Source: Perna viridis
Lineage: Eukaryota
Direction of reading: 5' to 3'
Assembly: GCA_037379345.1 (NCBI GenBank)
Contig: CM074513.1
Location: 43,379,195-43,443,194, forward strand
Length of the DNA stretch: 64,000 bases
Below are positions 51,369 through 64,000 of the stretch, one piece after another. Under the pieces are notes generated by a model. The model had not been told where the DNA came from and searched no databases. It saw only the letters and a program-made list of their open reading frames with translations. Every line of letters starts with the position of its first letter. The stretch's first letter is position 1. The translations under genes and the position numbers were made by a program.

Positions 51369-54300
51369 GTTCTATTAAAATGTGGTATTATTATTATTCT
51401 TACATCATTATGTTGTACATATATTAAAAAAGGCAGTATTTGAAGTTAAAAGAATGGTGCTTTCAAACGTCTCATGTTTTTATTGCATTAAAACAGTAGT
51501 ATATTGCATTCCAATTTAACTTCCGATTTTAGCGATCATTTATCTTTTTTTTTATAGTGGGAGTATCAGAATAATGGCTGTCTTATTTCTGCATAATTTA
51601 GGAACCTTTAGGATACATTTTATGTTAAAATTGTTTTTAAGGATATTAGATCTAGGCTGTCTAAACCAGGCTTTGACAACAAAAAAGGGTTTTTATTTGA
51701 TTAAGAGAAAGAATCGTAAGATAAACATTTTTCTCATGAAGACCGCCAGAGAATGCACAAAAACAGAACAAAACATTGTGTGCCAATGCCCACCTGTTGT
51801 ATCCCGTCTCTGAACATAATAATCAATTTTATAAGGAATTTTTCATTAGTTCATTGATGGTATAGTGTCTTTTGGCTTGATTAATTCCTTATTTTCTCGG
51901 GAAATAATGACTGTACAAATTTTGGTCATACATGATGTGCTAGTTGATACATTGGGGTTAAATATTTTAATATCTTTCACATGATTAATACTCACAACTA
52001 TTCAAGAATGAAAAGGGTTATACAACTAATTTTGACTGTTGTCTGAAAGCTCAGTGTCAATAAGTAAACCTTAATTTGTAATAATTGTTTACTGAACCAA
52101 ACTTGGAATCTTCTAGTTTTTATATGAACATAGCTATTTTTTCGTAAAAAAACTTAGGTCTATAAGGTCACATATTAAACATACAGTTTTCAATTTATGG
52201 TATTATTTATTTGTGGAATACAAAAGCGCCTGCATCTTAAAGCATCAGAACCGGAAGCTCTTTCGCTGTTTGATATGCGTAAGACACGTGACCGTCATCT
52301 ATCAGCTCAGATGACGGAAGTTTTAATTATAAACCCATAATTAACCCTAGATTCAGATTATCTTCAAATTTCTTTTTGGAATGTGTTCATCTGGTACTTT
52401 TTTCTTAAAATTTTAATCCTATATTGTACGAAGTTGTCGTAAAACTTAAACCGAAACTAAATAGATCATCCGTTTGTTCGTAACTATTCTTAGGCATATA
52501 ATGAATTTTGCATGCTTTTGTTACCAAGTCGTAAGGTAATCGGATCTTGGATATTTCTTTTTATAAAGTAGATAAAAGTTAATGGATGTGAAGCTAAATA
52601 TGAAATTATGATTGACTGTGTTGGTATAATGATGTACAACTAAGGTGCATTTACTAATGGAAAGAATGATTTCGTTTCCTATAGGCGCTAATGGACGTGC
52701 GAGATAGCTTCATCCTCTCAAAAGAGTGTACTTCTTTCTTCTTCATTACCTTTATGCTTAATGCTTTCAAAATAATTCTGAAGATCAATGTTCTAACATT
52801 AAATATAGAATATAACATGAATTTTCAACAGAAATATACAATAAAAGGAAGTTTTAAATGAAAAAAAAATAATGAAATGATTTTGCACTATACATCTGTG
52901 TTCTGGCGATACGTATATACAAAATTTTATTTGAAAGTTAGACATGTAATAACCACGAATTTTAAATCAAAAGATTGTAATCATTATGTTTTATTTTTAA
53001 TTGCAAAAAATTGATATCTAAATTTCATTTCAGCACCATTATCGTATCTGAAAAAAAATCTCTTTTTACTCGTTAAGATGAAAACAAAAGTTTGTTTCAG
53101 TTTGATATGAAGCACATCAACCCTCATGCCAGGGGTTTTCTACTTTTCCTTCCTTATCTGATTCAGGTTTACCAACGTATTATCCGAGTAAAGTAAGTTT
53201 TATTTTGTCAACCGTGAAAATAACTGAATTGCGAGCTATACATTAATTTGTATTATAACAAATAAAAATATCAATCAATATTCGTTTCAATTGTCACTTC
53301 CAGATTTCATCGGTCGAAGCATCAATTGTTACGTTGTTGCCCAGTAGAGCATCGTGAGGTTTGGTGTCAATGTTCGTATCTTTATAACATATCAGGTATC
53401 TGTATTTTGATTTACAGGTGCTTTGATCTAAACTGTTATCATTGGAAAATAACTCCATATTTTTATTGTTTTTACTAGCGTGGGGATTAAACCTTGCGAT
53501 GCATGCGTTATTGAAAGGTAATCCATTTAGGTGTGCAAATAGCATAAGGGGACATCTTTTAAATCAATATTACGTTCTTTTCATGCTTTTAAACTGAGTT
53601 TAGAACAAGTAATTAGTATTTTAGGCTTTCAATTGGCTTACTGACAATCAGTTGATAAATGAGTTGTTACCTACACTCATAGTGGTATTCCAGAAACAGG
53701 TCATACTTTCTTTTAAAACATCGCACTCTTGATCGACTCAACGTTAGTCCCCTGTAAAACCAACCATAAAGAAAACCTTTTTGGAACTGAAAATGATATT
53801 CTTCGATTCATTATTTATCTAGAATGCATTCATATTTTTTTATCATCGATAAGATGTAATGTCAGAAACGGCCTCTAAGGTGAGGTATCTATTTTTCTGC
53901 CATAGATTTTCTTGATCTTAACAAACCATATGCCTGAAAGTGACTTTGGTATTAACTGATTGAAAAAGACGTTGAAAGTAAAACAACACAGACAAAAGGA
54001 GTAAAACATTTTTTTTGCTTTTACAAACATGTCAAGTAATGAATTGAATGAATGTATTAACGTCTCTTGACTGTAATAAAAATACAGTTCTGCCTACATT
54101 GCGGACTGCTATCTTTCACTCACTGTGTCGCGTACAGGGTAAAAAATGTAAAAACTGTATTACCCAATTTTGCATGTAAACTGCAACGTATTAATAGCAA
54201 GCAGGCAGTGTCATGGAGCTTGCCATGAAGATAAATTATGACAGTTAAAATTACTGAGATAATAAATCTTAAAAGTGATAATATATTATCACTGTTTTCA

Positions 54301-55789
54301 ATTATGATATTTTCCATCATCGAGCCAATGCAGAAAAATTACTGTTTTTAACGACTTGACTGGAGAGATAATTCTATCCAGATTTCGTTCAAATCTGCTT
54401 CATGCAAAGAATTGTATAATTTGATACCAAGCCGACACATAAAATGTACAAATCCCAGCAGTTTACAAATATACTGTAATTTTGCATAATACCCTAACTG
54501 TGAAACTTAACATGCTACAAACAGAATAAAGACAGTTTTGTATACACGAAAAAAAATGCATTACGGTACAAAACGTTAATTTCAAGACTGTGTAAAACAT
54601 GTTTTGTACGTCTGTACGAACATTGTTCTTTTGCCACTTTTTGAAACATTTTATGAGTTTTCTAGTTGATAAATATTTCCCGATGAAGTGGATGTATAGA
54701 AATAATATCATTAAAATTTTTGCAACTGTCTGTAATAAAGAGAGAACAGCAGAGCTATGGTTGTATACCTCATCTAATATTTTCCCAAGGCTTTCTTCAT
54801 ACAAAATCATTTGTTATGCACACGGACAAGTGCCAGTTTTGTGGATATGCCGTTTTTTGTAATATAGCAATACAATAGAAGGTAAATTATGTGATATGTT
54901 GTTTTTTATGTAAAACGATAATGATAGAAAACAGGATGAATAATAATTTATTAACATTTCCTTGTATCATGTTTATTTTTTTAATTTTTTTTTTTATATT
55001 ACCATTCCTATCCTGGTTCCTTTTATATCTCTTCCATAGAAAATCTTGTGGTTGTCTCCCGTCTCATGATTTGAAGCTATAGTTTGAATTATGAATGATA
55101 AATTTAAGTACCCCATTTTATTTAAACGAATACGACTGGTTGCATTGCGTGCGTCATCTGCAAAATGTGTATTTTGATTTCTTTGTGCACTTCTTTTTTT
55201 TCGTTTTTTTTTTTTTTTTTTCAATTTCTTAATTTATGATTGACAGACGTACACAGTGTGAGTACTTCTATTCAAGTGGAGGTCCTTAAGTTTCTCCTCC
55301 TCTTGGCAGTAATATACACTGATTAGCTTATGTAAGACTTACACAAATAAACTGCTGAGTGTGGTAGTTCGCGGGGAGTCTTCGAGGCTGAAATTGATAT
55401 TTGCTAGTTGCTGGCACTAATATAAAAAAATTAGTTAATACATATTATATGAAAATATTAACACTGACATTAGCATTTATGAAAATTAAAACAAATTTTA
55501 GAAAAAAGAAATATCAAGAATCAACAATACATCTTTTGGCGAATATTTAATAACTAATTGATCGTGGGTACGATGCGCAAAAACTTTTAAGCGAGCATAG
55601 TTTTCTCCTGATAATCAGTAACATTGACACTAGGGCCTCGAATCTATTAATTCAACACGGTTTGCATGCTGCTTAGCGGGCTTTTTTCACATACATGAAT
55701 ATCACGCAAAAACAATACAACCTGTTCTATCCTCTTTAAATTACACTTTTCATTGAACAAACGATTTTCGGTGGTATCGTTTCCCTAAA

Positions 55790-56003
55790 TTGAAGTTTGT
55801 GCCTACAAAACGTATGTCTCCGCCGTTCCAAAGTTCCAAGGGATATAACTTCCACAAAATGCGGTGGATCATACACTCTTGGTAATATGTAGAAATACAT
55901 ATGTCCGATCTACGTACAACGTTTCATGAAATTTGGTACAGAGGACGTCAAGTATGACGGACGGAGAGCGCAAAAGCAATATGCCTCCGACTTGAGATAT
56001 AAT
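55790..56003 (-). mobile_element. Degenerate short HINE-like element
   Basis: AAGGGATATAACT, GTTTCATGAAATTTGG, a (GACG)n remnant and an AATATGCCTCCGAC...ATAAT end, matching the HINE layout. Confidence 0.45.
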
Positions 56004-57460
56004 GAGAAATATAATAACAATAAATCAAATTTACCTAAAAAAAAACATGTTCTAGATGTAATTTACTTTCTTTGAAACTCTCATTACTTGTATGTTCGAA
56101 TGTTAGAAGATTGTTATTTTCTAAAGAGAGTACCAAATGCATTGGATGGGTCGGAAACATGGTGATAAATACCAACTTTGTGTGCCACAAATTACCCGTG
56201 AAGTGTATCAATTTTAAATTGACCGTTTATTAGTTATATGTACAACAGCGGTGTGTTTTCATAAAAAAAATCTTAGAAACGAACATCGTTACCCTATATA
56301 TAAATTGACTACTAAATATGGTCAGTACGAGTTTTAATCGCCTTAAGAGTTTATCGATATGAGCATAAAAATTTAAAGTCTAAAATTATCATATTGGCCG
56401 ATTGAAAATGCTAGTAGTTGTTTGCATCACTGTTTAATTGTGACCCGGTGTGGGATTAATAACCACTACAAAATATAAGAAAACAACACGTCATAGCAGT
56501 TAATTAATCATACAAGAATATTTCAACAAAAGCAGTGGGAGATCGTCAACAATTTAGGATCATAATTTGCTATAATTGGATGAAGATGTGTAATTGATTG
56601 ATTTTTTATTACTCATATAACCAGCTTGCGATCTTGTACATAATACAGTTGTCTAGAAGAGCTGTGAACTCTACAATTGGATAAACACAAATTCTCTACT
56701 TCTTGGCGACAACTCTATGATAATTATCCTAGAGGGCGCTATCACGCCTTCTTATTAGTTAAAAAGTACTTTTATAAGTATTGTTTGACAAATCTTAAAT
56801 CTTCCGTTTGATAAATCATTGGAGCCATTTACACTTGTGGATTACCTCAAGAAATTGATAGTCATACCGATTTACATCTTCCTGAAAAAAGTCCTTGATT
56901 TAGTTATTATATATTTATAAGTATTAAAGTATATTGAATTGTGAAAATTAAAGGTCCATTTTACGACACGTACTACATGTAGTTCATTTATATATGGGAT
57001 GCGAAATGCTTTGAATATGAGTTGCATGTACGATTTCATAAGAATTTTTTATATGTTTTATTGAGTTTATAAATGTTATAATTATTTCACATAATGAGAT
57101 AACATACAATTAGACTTTATCAGATAAATGTTGATACGTTGCGACCTGTAAGTAAAAAAATACAGGTCTATGGTTACGATAAACGTTGAAGTGTATATTT
57201 ATTCTTAGAAAATCCAATACACTTAACACAATAAACTCACGAAAAATTAATCCCAAGAATCTTTAAGTAACGATACAAATATAATACAAATACAAATATA
57301 TCTAACACACGATTCTAATTGTATATATTGGGTGACTTGGTGTTACTATAGTATACATTTCGCAATACACGTAGTTTGTAGATAGTGCAGACTTTATTTA
57401 ATAAGAATATGATTAACATGATATTTACTCAACCTATTTCTTTCGTCTATAACTCGATTT

Positions 57461-57482
57461 CACACACACACACACACACACA
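57461..57482. repeat. (CA)11 microsatellite
   Basis: Direct observation. Confidence 0.95.
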
Positions 57483-60400
57483 AACAAACAAGTACACAAC
57501 ACCAAAAAAAACCTTCATTGAAGCCAAACACTTTAAAACAGTTGGTTTACAAAAGTATAAATGACGTGCATATACGAAGGAATAATCAGAGGTATACCAT
57601 AATAAGCCCGTCAAAGACAGTGTTTTAAATTCAGATACGAAGGTCGCATTGTGCAAAACTCATTGTTTACATATACCAAGAGTAGAGAAAGGCATTACAG
57701 ATAGTGTCATGGTAATGATTCTGTGGCAACTCTGGTAACCAGACGATCCAAGCAGTATCTTCCCGCCCAAAATTCTGTGATCTGACAGACGGTCAGGAGT
57801 GACCAAACTGTTATCAAACTAACACACGACCAACCGTTTGTTAAAGATAGATGTGTTTACAAATGGATAAAGTCAGGAAGTGACTGGTATGCATTGATAA
57901 CAACAGATTTACCTCTAGTCTAAATAATCTTTTAAATCTATAATGACAAAATAAAAATGTATTTTAAAAATTCTTTTTTATGCGTGTCGCAAAATTATTA
58001 AAATGGACAGTCTAGAAATGCATCTATACGTATTTTCCCTCATTAAGAAGACTTGTACTATGTATGTCTCTTTATTCAAGACAATTAACGTAATATAGGT
58101 CAATTCTGTTATGTATGCGAATGTAAAGATCTGTTTCAGAAGATTTTGTAGATTATTAACCTCAGATTACTCGGAATTTATACAATTCACAAGTTAAATA
58201 CTTTCTTGTGTTCTGACAATACCATTGTAATGCAGCTGCCGGGGCAAATAAATTTATAGAAAAACGGTATTCAAGTTTAATGCACTGTCATGAAAATCAT
58301 GAACAATTAAAATTAAAAGAAAACTAAAGATATGAAATTCATAGCAACTGATTGCTCAATTTCTTAAGCTTTATTCCAATAACTTGTAAAGTTTAATAAT
58401 TCCAAGTTTATATCAATTAAACTTTACATACCGGAACTATACATATAGAGATGTGCAGACTGTAAACGTTATCCCAATACACAATAAAAAAAAATTCCTA
58501 TACAAACTTTGTTGATAAAGAAAAATACAAGGCTTCGCCATTTCATTAGTTGATTGCTATATTAACCTTGTAAAATAATGAAACCAACAGAGGTAAATAT
58601 TTACAAAATGATATTTTTATTCGTTCTTACATCACAAACACATTCTGGAATTCCTCTAACGATGGTACACAGCATGATGGTGTCTTCAAGTCACAACTTA
58701 TGTTTTTGATGTTTCAGACGGAACACCTTGAAATAAAAAGATGCTGCAATTTTATTAGCGTAATGTGTACTCTGGCGACAGTTGGCGCATACTTTTACCA
58801 GGAATGTAATGACATTGTAAAAGAGACATTTCATGAAAATCATCTTAATAAATAAGTATTTTAGAATCGCAAAGTAATAGTCCGTAGTACATTGAAACGG
58901 ATGTTAACTACGTGCCTCCCGTTAGTCATCAAATGAACGATCCATAGCGTGAAAAGTAGAAGCACATAGTCAAAGAATACTGGGGATTAAAATGTCTATT
59001 GAATAAGATATTAGACTAATAACGGAACTAGGGGACAACAAAACAGAAAATGCAAACATAATTATATTTTATAAGTAGCTGTTACTAGAATCATACCATC
59101 AAATTTTAGTTTGTGTCTCATTATTTATGTCTTATAGAGAATGGTACATTAAGTTAAGATTTTAAACTGAGCCGAAAGCCGATCTAAACTTAATTAATAA
59201 CATATATGCATGTACGAGGTTGTTATTGCTTGTTTATTCCGTTCTTTCAAAGCTATTTTCAAGTCTATTGGCTTGTTATAAAAGCTTTATGTTAAGATAT
59301 GCACATTATTTCTTCGCAGCGGTCAAGACAAATTTTTGATATAAAAAAGTCCTTTCATTTCATTCCGGTCGGGATCAAGAATGCCAGTGTCAATGATTTA
59401 GATATAATAAAGAAAATGAACATTGAAAATGATTACCATCAAATACGATTACATGAATAATGATCTGCTTATTTGGTAATGTTTGTTTGATACTTATCAC
59501 TGGTCATTTTAGGATTCGTAAGTCCACTTTACAATGGTAAGTTTCGCTTACTCGCAAAAACACTAACAAAACAAGTATTATGAAAAATATTTTCTTTCTT
59601 ACCTCATAAATTCGGGACACCATTTATGTCATAATATCCATTACACCGCTGATCTGATTGAATCTTGTCTTTAAAGAAAGTTTTACATAAACTGTTATTA
59701 TATGACAATATGCAAGGTCTGTAGACAATTTTCAAGTTCACTTAGTACATTTGTATGTAAAATTAAAACGTTTATATATTATAAAATTGTCGCCTAGGGT
59801 ATTTTGTGAAACTTAAAATATGACACATGTAATCTTCTGTGTGAGTGTTATCGTATGGATGTTGGTGCTTCCAAGTAGCTAAGTTGATGGACACTGCATT
59901 TATACTGCAGGGAAAAAAGCTTGTGCGCCACTGTTTTGGAAACCTCATTACCCAAAAGTAACAAATTCAAATTCAAATTAGTTTATTAAAGAAAAACTCA
60001 CATGGCGCACAAGAGAACAACATCAATGCCTATATTGAAAAAGAATATAACTGACACCAAAGAGTAAATAAAGACTACATACAATTAATAACAATTGTCG
60101 TATAAGGATATTTTCAAAGACTCGGCAAAGTAATACAAAATAGAAGTCACGTGGACTTCATTGCCTTGCCTTGTGAATATTTGATATCAGGAAAAAATCT
60201 TTTTTGGACCAAGTGAGCTAAAACTGACTTCGATGTGATATTTTAGTGAAAAAAAATACGCTATGCACCTGATTAATTGAACACTACACCTAGTGCTAAT
60301 ATACTGCCTAAACTTCGTCACACTTTTCACTATCTTATTTAAAAAAAACAAAACAAAACATAGAAAAATATATAATTTTCACGGACAACATACATTAAAT

Positions 60401-60629
60401 AACGTTTGTCGGTAAATTCTCCCTTAAATTTCTATCAACTATTTAATCAAAATAAATTGTGAATGTGGATATGAAATTTTGTATTACATCATTCAAAGAA
60501 ATTTTACACCGTCTGACAAAAATTGTGGTATCTCGTAGTAGACGTTTAAGGCGTCTGATTGTGATTCTGTTCAAACTAGAGTATATACTGTATCGACTTC
60601 GAAGCTGATGTATTACGAGTATTGTGCGC

Positions 60630-60770
60630 AACATTATACCGCGCGTTTGAAACGCTTAGTAGAACAATTATCTAGTAAAGTGCAGTAGGACAAAGACAAA
60701 TCCGTGATTGTCTCGTGACCATGAATTAATATTATGCTCTTCTGGACATGTCGGCTTCGTTTGAACAATC
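60630..60770 (+). mobile_element. Highly decayed L2/CR1-like RT fragment
   Basis: KVQ*D...LLDMSASF resembles the KVxxDI...LLDLSAAFD RT segment. Confidence 0.3.
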
Positions 60771-62800
60771 TGCCAAAAATGATAAATGCTACACGACTAA
60801 TTTATCACAACTGTCGCTTAGTATCCCTGAACCAACATCAACCTCTTATCAGTAAGCCTACCCCACACTGGAACCTGCTTCCGGAGGTTGAAATTCAATG
60901 GTAATGGATTCCCTAGTTTTTATCGCTGCTCTACATTTCTGTCGTCTGGAATACAATGTCGGACTGGAAACCGGATGTTACACGTGACAGTCACTAATTA
61001 CCGTCTCGTGTGAAGATAACATCGTGGCAAACAAGTTTCCGGTCGAAGACCGAGCTGAAACGTGAAGAGAAATGAAAATAGACAAGGTCATGAAAAGAAA
61101 AATCAAATTTTTTTGTTTGTTTTTGTTTTTGTTTTTTGTTTTTTTGCATCGGTACTGGTAATTTAGAAGTTTTGAATCCTCTTTATATTTACCTCATAAT
61201 CAGGCAAAAGATTTTGAAAATATGAGAAATTATTCTACTGAAAATCACAATACACGCAGTTTCAAATAAGACACTTTTAAGCATACATTAAGGTAATCTT
61301 TCGCACTGCAATTAAAACAGAACTACTTCTATATTTTGCCAAGATTAATAAAAAAACATCCCGAACTTGTACTTTTTTCACAGACAAATTTACATAAAAG
61401 GTATAGCTGGTGTCGATTTACACACAATGCAATTGAGACAAACTACATCGCAATCATGGCATATAAAAGAGATTACAAACATTTATGCCTTTTATCAATA
61501 TGGATCTTATTTTCACAACTAAACATGATATGAAATAACGAATTTTCTTAGAAAACAAACGAATCAACTTTACCGTGGATAGATCATTGCTTATATTGCC
61601 ATAAAGTTAATAACTAGTTGGAGTCGATTGTTCTAAGCCTAATAGTATTTTTTACTAGTAATGTTATCTAGTTTCAATATAAATCTAGTTATGCGATGAA
61701 ATGAAGCACACACTAATAATAAAACAAGATAAACTGATATTGTCTATTTAAACATCATTGCAAAGTGCCTATTGTGTTACGGAAAATAGTCATCGAAGGA
61801 AAGTCTAGCGTTACATAATTATCACCTTGGGAAACTTAATTTAAATGCAAATTTTAAATGATGAAAGATTTAAATGTTATCTGATCGCACTCATCTTTGT
61901 CTGTGGTGATTTGGGACATTTGATGATATTAAATCGAAGGATTATGGTCTGTAAATTGTAATAAGCAGTTTCGTATGGCGGATAGAATTGATTGGTTAAA
62001 GTTACATCAAATTTGCCAATATTTTTTTTCTATTCTCAACACAATAAACATCGAGATTTTCCCTACATCTTGAAATATCATTTTTATTACTGGCTGTCTT
62101 TAAGGGAAATTCCTATTGGTTGCAGTTTTAATTATATTTATATATTCAACAATGTTAGCCTTTTTTTTTCAGAGCAAAAGTACCAAAGACATATTAAACC
62201 ATACTTTTTACATGAATATGATTTGTTCATAGACAGATTTTAGACATTTACCTTGAATTTGATGACAGTTTTGCACTCGGTTTAAAAATACTTGACACTT
62301 TTCACTTATTTCAAATTATAAATTTCATTATTTGTGCAGCAGTATAGACTTTTGCTCACCAAATCATTGTTTTAAATCGACACGATATGTAAGAGCCGGT
62401 AGGGAAGCAGTCTTCGGCTTATTAAACACTTATCAAGTTATGCGTGTGATATCCAGTGGAATACGGTAGGAAAGTTTAGTTTTTTTCTTCGCGCGAAATC
62501 TATTAAGCATAAGAGTTGGATCAATTATACCTATCCCAATACTGTATTCAACGGGTTCACAGTAAAATTATTTATTTTGTTAAATGTTCTGGATGTATTG
62601 GGTTATAGGCATGTTGGATGTTAACAGTACATGTCATTCATTTGAAAGATGCTGTATTGTATTTTCACTGTCCGTTCGTTTACCCAGTCCTTTTTCAGCT
62701 CATACCTGCGTAATGATTTTAAATATGATTAAACCATTGACATGACGATTTTATTTTGCAGGAGGTCTGTAGAACACGAAATTTCGATTAACGGGACTTG

Positions 62801-62858
62801 AAAACAAACGAACCAATTATCCTTTAAAACAAACGAATCAATTATCCTTTAAAACAAA
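62801..62858. repeat. 25-bp tandem duplication
   Basis: AAAACAAACGAA(C/T)CAATTATCCTTT x2 followed by AAAACAAA. Confidence 0.9.
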
Positions 62859-64000
62859 GGCACAATAATAATTTTAAAAAACAACAAGTGAATATTGGCA
62901 TTTTATTTTCTTCTGCCAACAACTAGGATTCGATATTTGGTACGTGCCACCATCCGTTTCGATAAAGAGGAAAAAAGCCGACTTCCTGAACTTCAAACCC
63001 TTCATCGTGTCATCTAGTGTGAAATAAGATATGCCACTTGTTTGGCGCCATTCTGAATGAAATGACTATTGTGTACAAACAATATACTATCATCTCCTCT
63101 CAACCAGATATAGATTTTTGATGTTCATGAAAGAGCAATTTGGTTTGATTATTGTTTAACGGAACAAATAGGCACTCGCATCTCGAATCCGGCCTTTTGT
63201 TGAAGAAATCAATATGTAGACGAATATATAGATGCGTGATTTAAAAGTTCTATGATATTATTGAACCAATCAATGATCAACACTGACGTCATATGCATAA
63301 CTCAAAAAAATACGGAAATTACATACTTTAAATTTGACACATTAAAACGTGGGTCGATTGTCGTTAAAAAACGGGAAAAAAACTCTACAAATATAACCAG
63401 AAGGTGCGAAGAGATATTCGATAACGATTCCATGTTTTCAATTCTATTAATAAAAAACACAAGAAGGCACCTAAATGGACGAAGCAAAATTGTACAGTAC
63501 CTGGGCAGATATAACCAGTCGCACACTTTTCTCATCCATACACTATACGAAATGTACTCATACCTTCAACTCACAAACTAGTTTATCAGGGGGAAATGAT
63601 AAGCGGAATCCAAATATTAAGTTAAATCAGACAGAAGGTGATTCATGCATGTCTAAAACCAACCAAATTAAGTTTTATTTTTGATCAGCAACAGTTACTG
63701 ATCACATAACCAGTCTTAGTTTTTCATTTGGTTGTTGCGCTTTTGAGATAAAAAATTATATATATTGTTCATGAAATTGAGTTCTCGTTCTAGATTTGGT
63801 TTCTTTGGTTGGTTTTAATGGGAGATAAATGTATGGTATTCAAAAAAAAAAGTGCAGATCTAAATGCAGAAATGATTGTTGTTATGTGAATGTATACCAT
63901 ATGTAGACTGAAAAAAAACATCATTTGTTTGGTGGGTTCTTCTACACCATAAATCACTTTACCATATGCAGTGTCAGAATTGTATGTGGACTGGTATCTA

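Overview
Eukaryotic, AT-rich (roughly 30-33% GC by eye) animal genomic DNA. The repeat landscape (Helentron/HINE elements, Naiad-type Penelope-like RT, Kolobok-like elements) suggests a bivalve mollusc. The only clearly intact gene is a six-exon Islet-class LIM-homeobox gene (ISL1/2, tailup pro-orthologue) on the + strand: CDS join(4758..4794,4936..5125,5589..5902,8541..8827,12132..12311,13252..13419), 1176 nt, 391 aa, all introns GT-AG and phase-consistent. It has a TATA/Inr core promoter near 4563 and a 3' UTR of about 0.9 kb. The remaining ~50 kb is gene-poor, with decayed mobile elements (PLE RT fragments, L2/CR1 RT scraps, HINEs with internal satellite arrays, foldback MITEs, a Kolobok-like remnant, a tRNA-Leu-derived SINE head), short tandem duplications and a few exon-like or pseudogene-like patches. 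The most interesting leads are candidate Islet cis-regulatory modules (a TAATCC cluster, Su(H) sites, TE-delivered CRE palindromes), a possible alternative acidic Islet C-terminus, a stem-enclosed RNA motif at the 3' end of the PLE family, and a possible decayed three-exon gene convergent with Islet. All calls were made by eye without database searches. I found no convincing novel multi-gene system.
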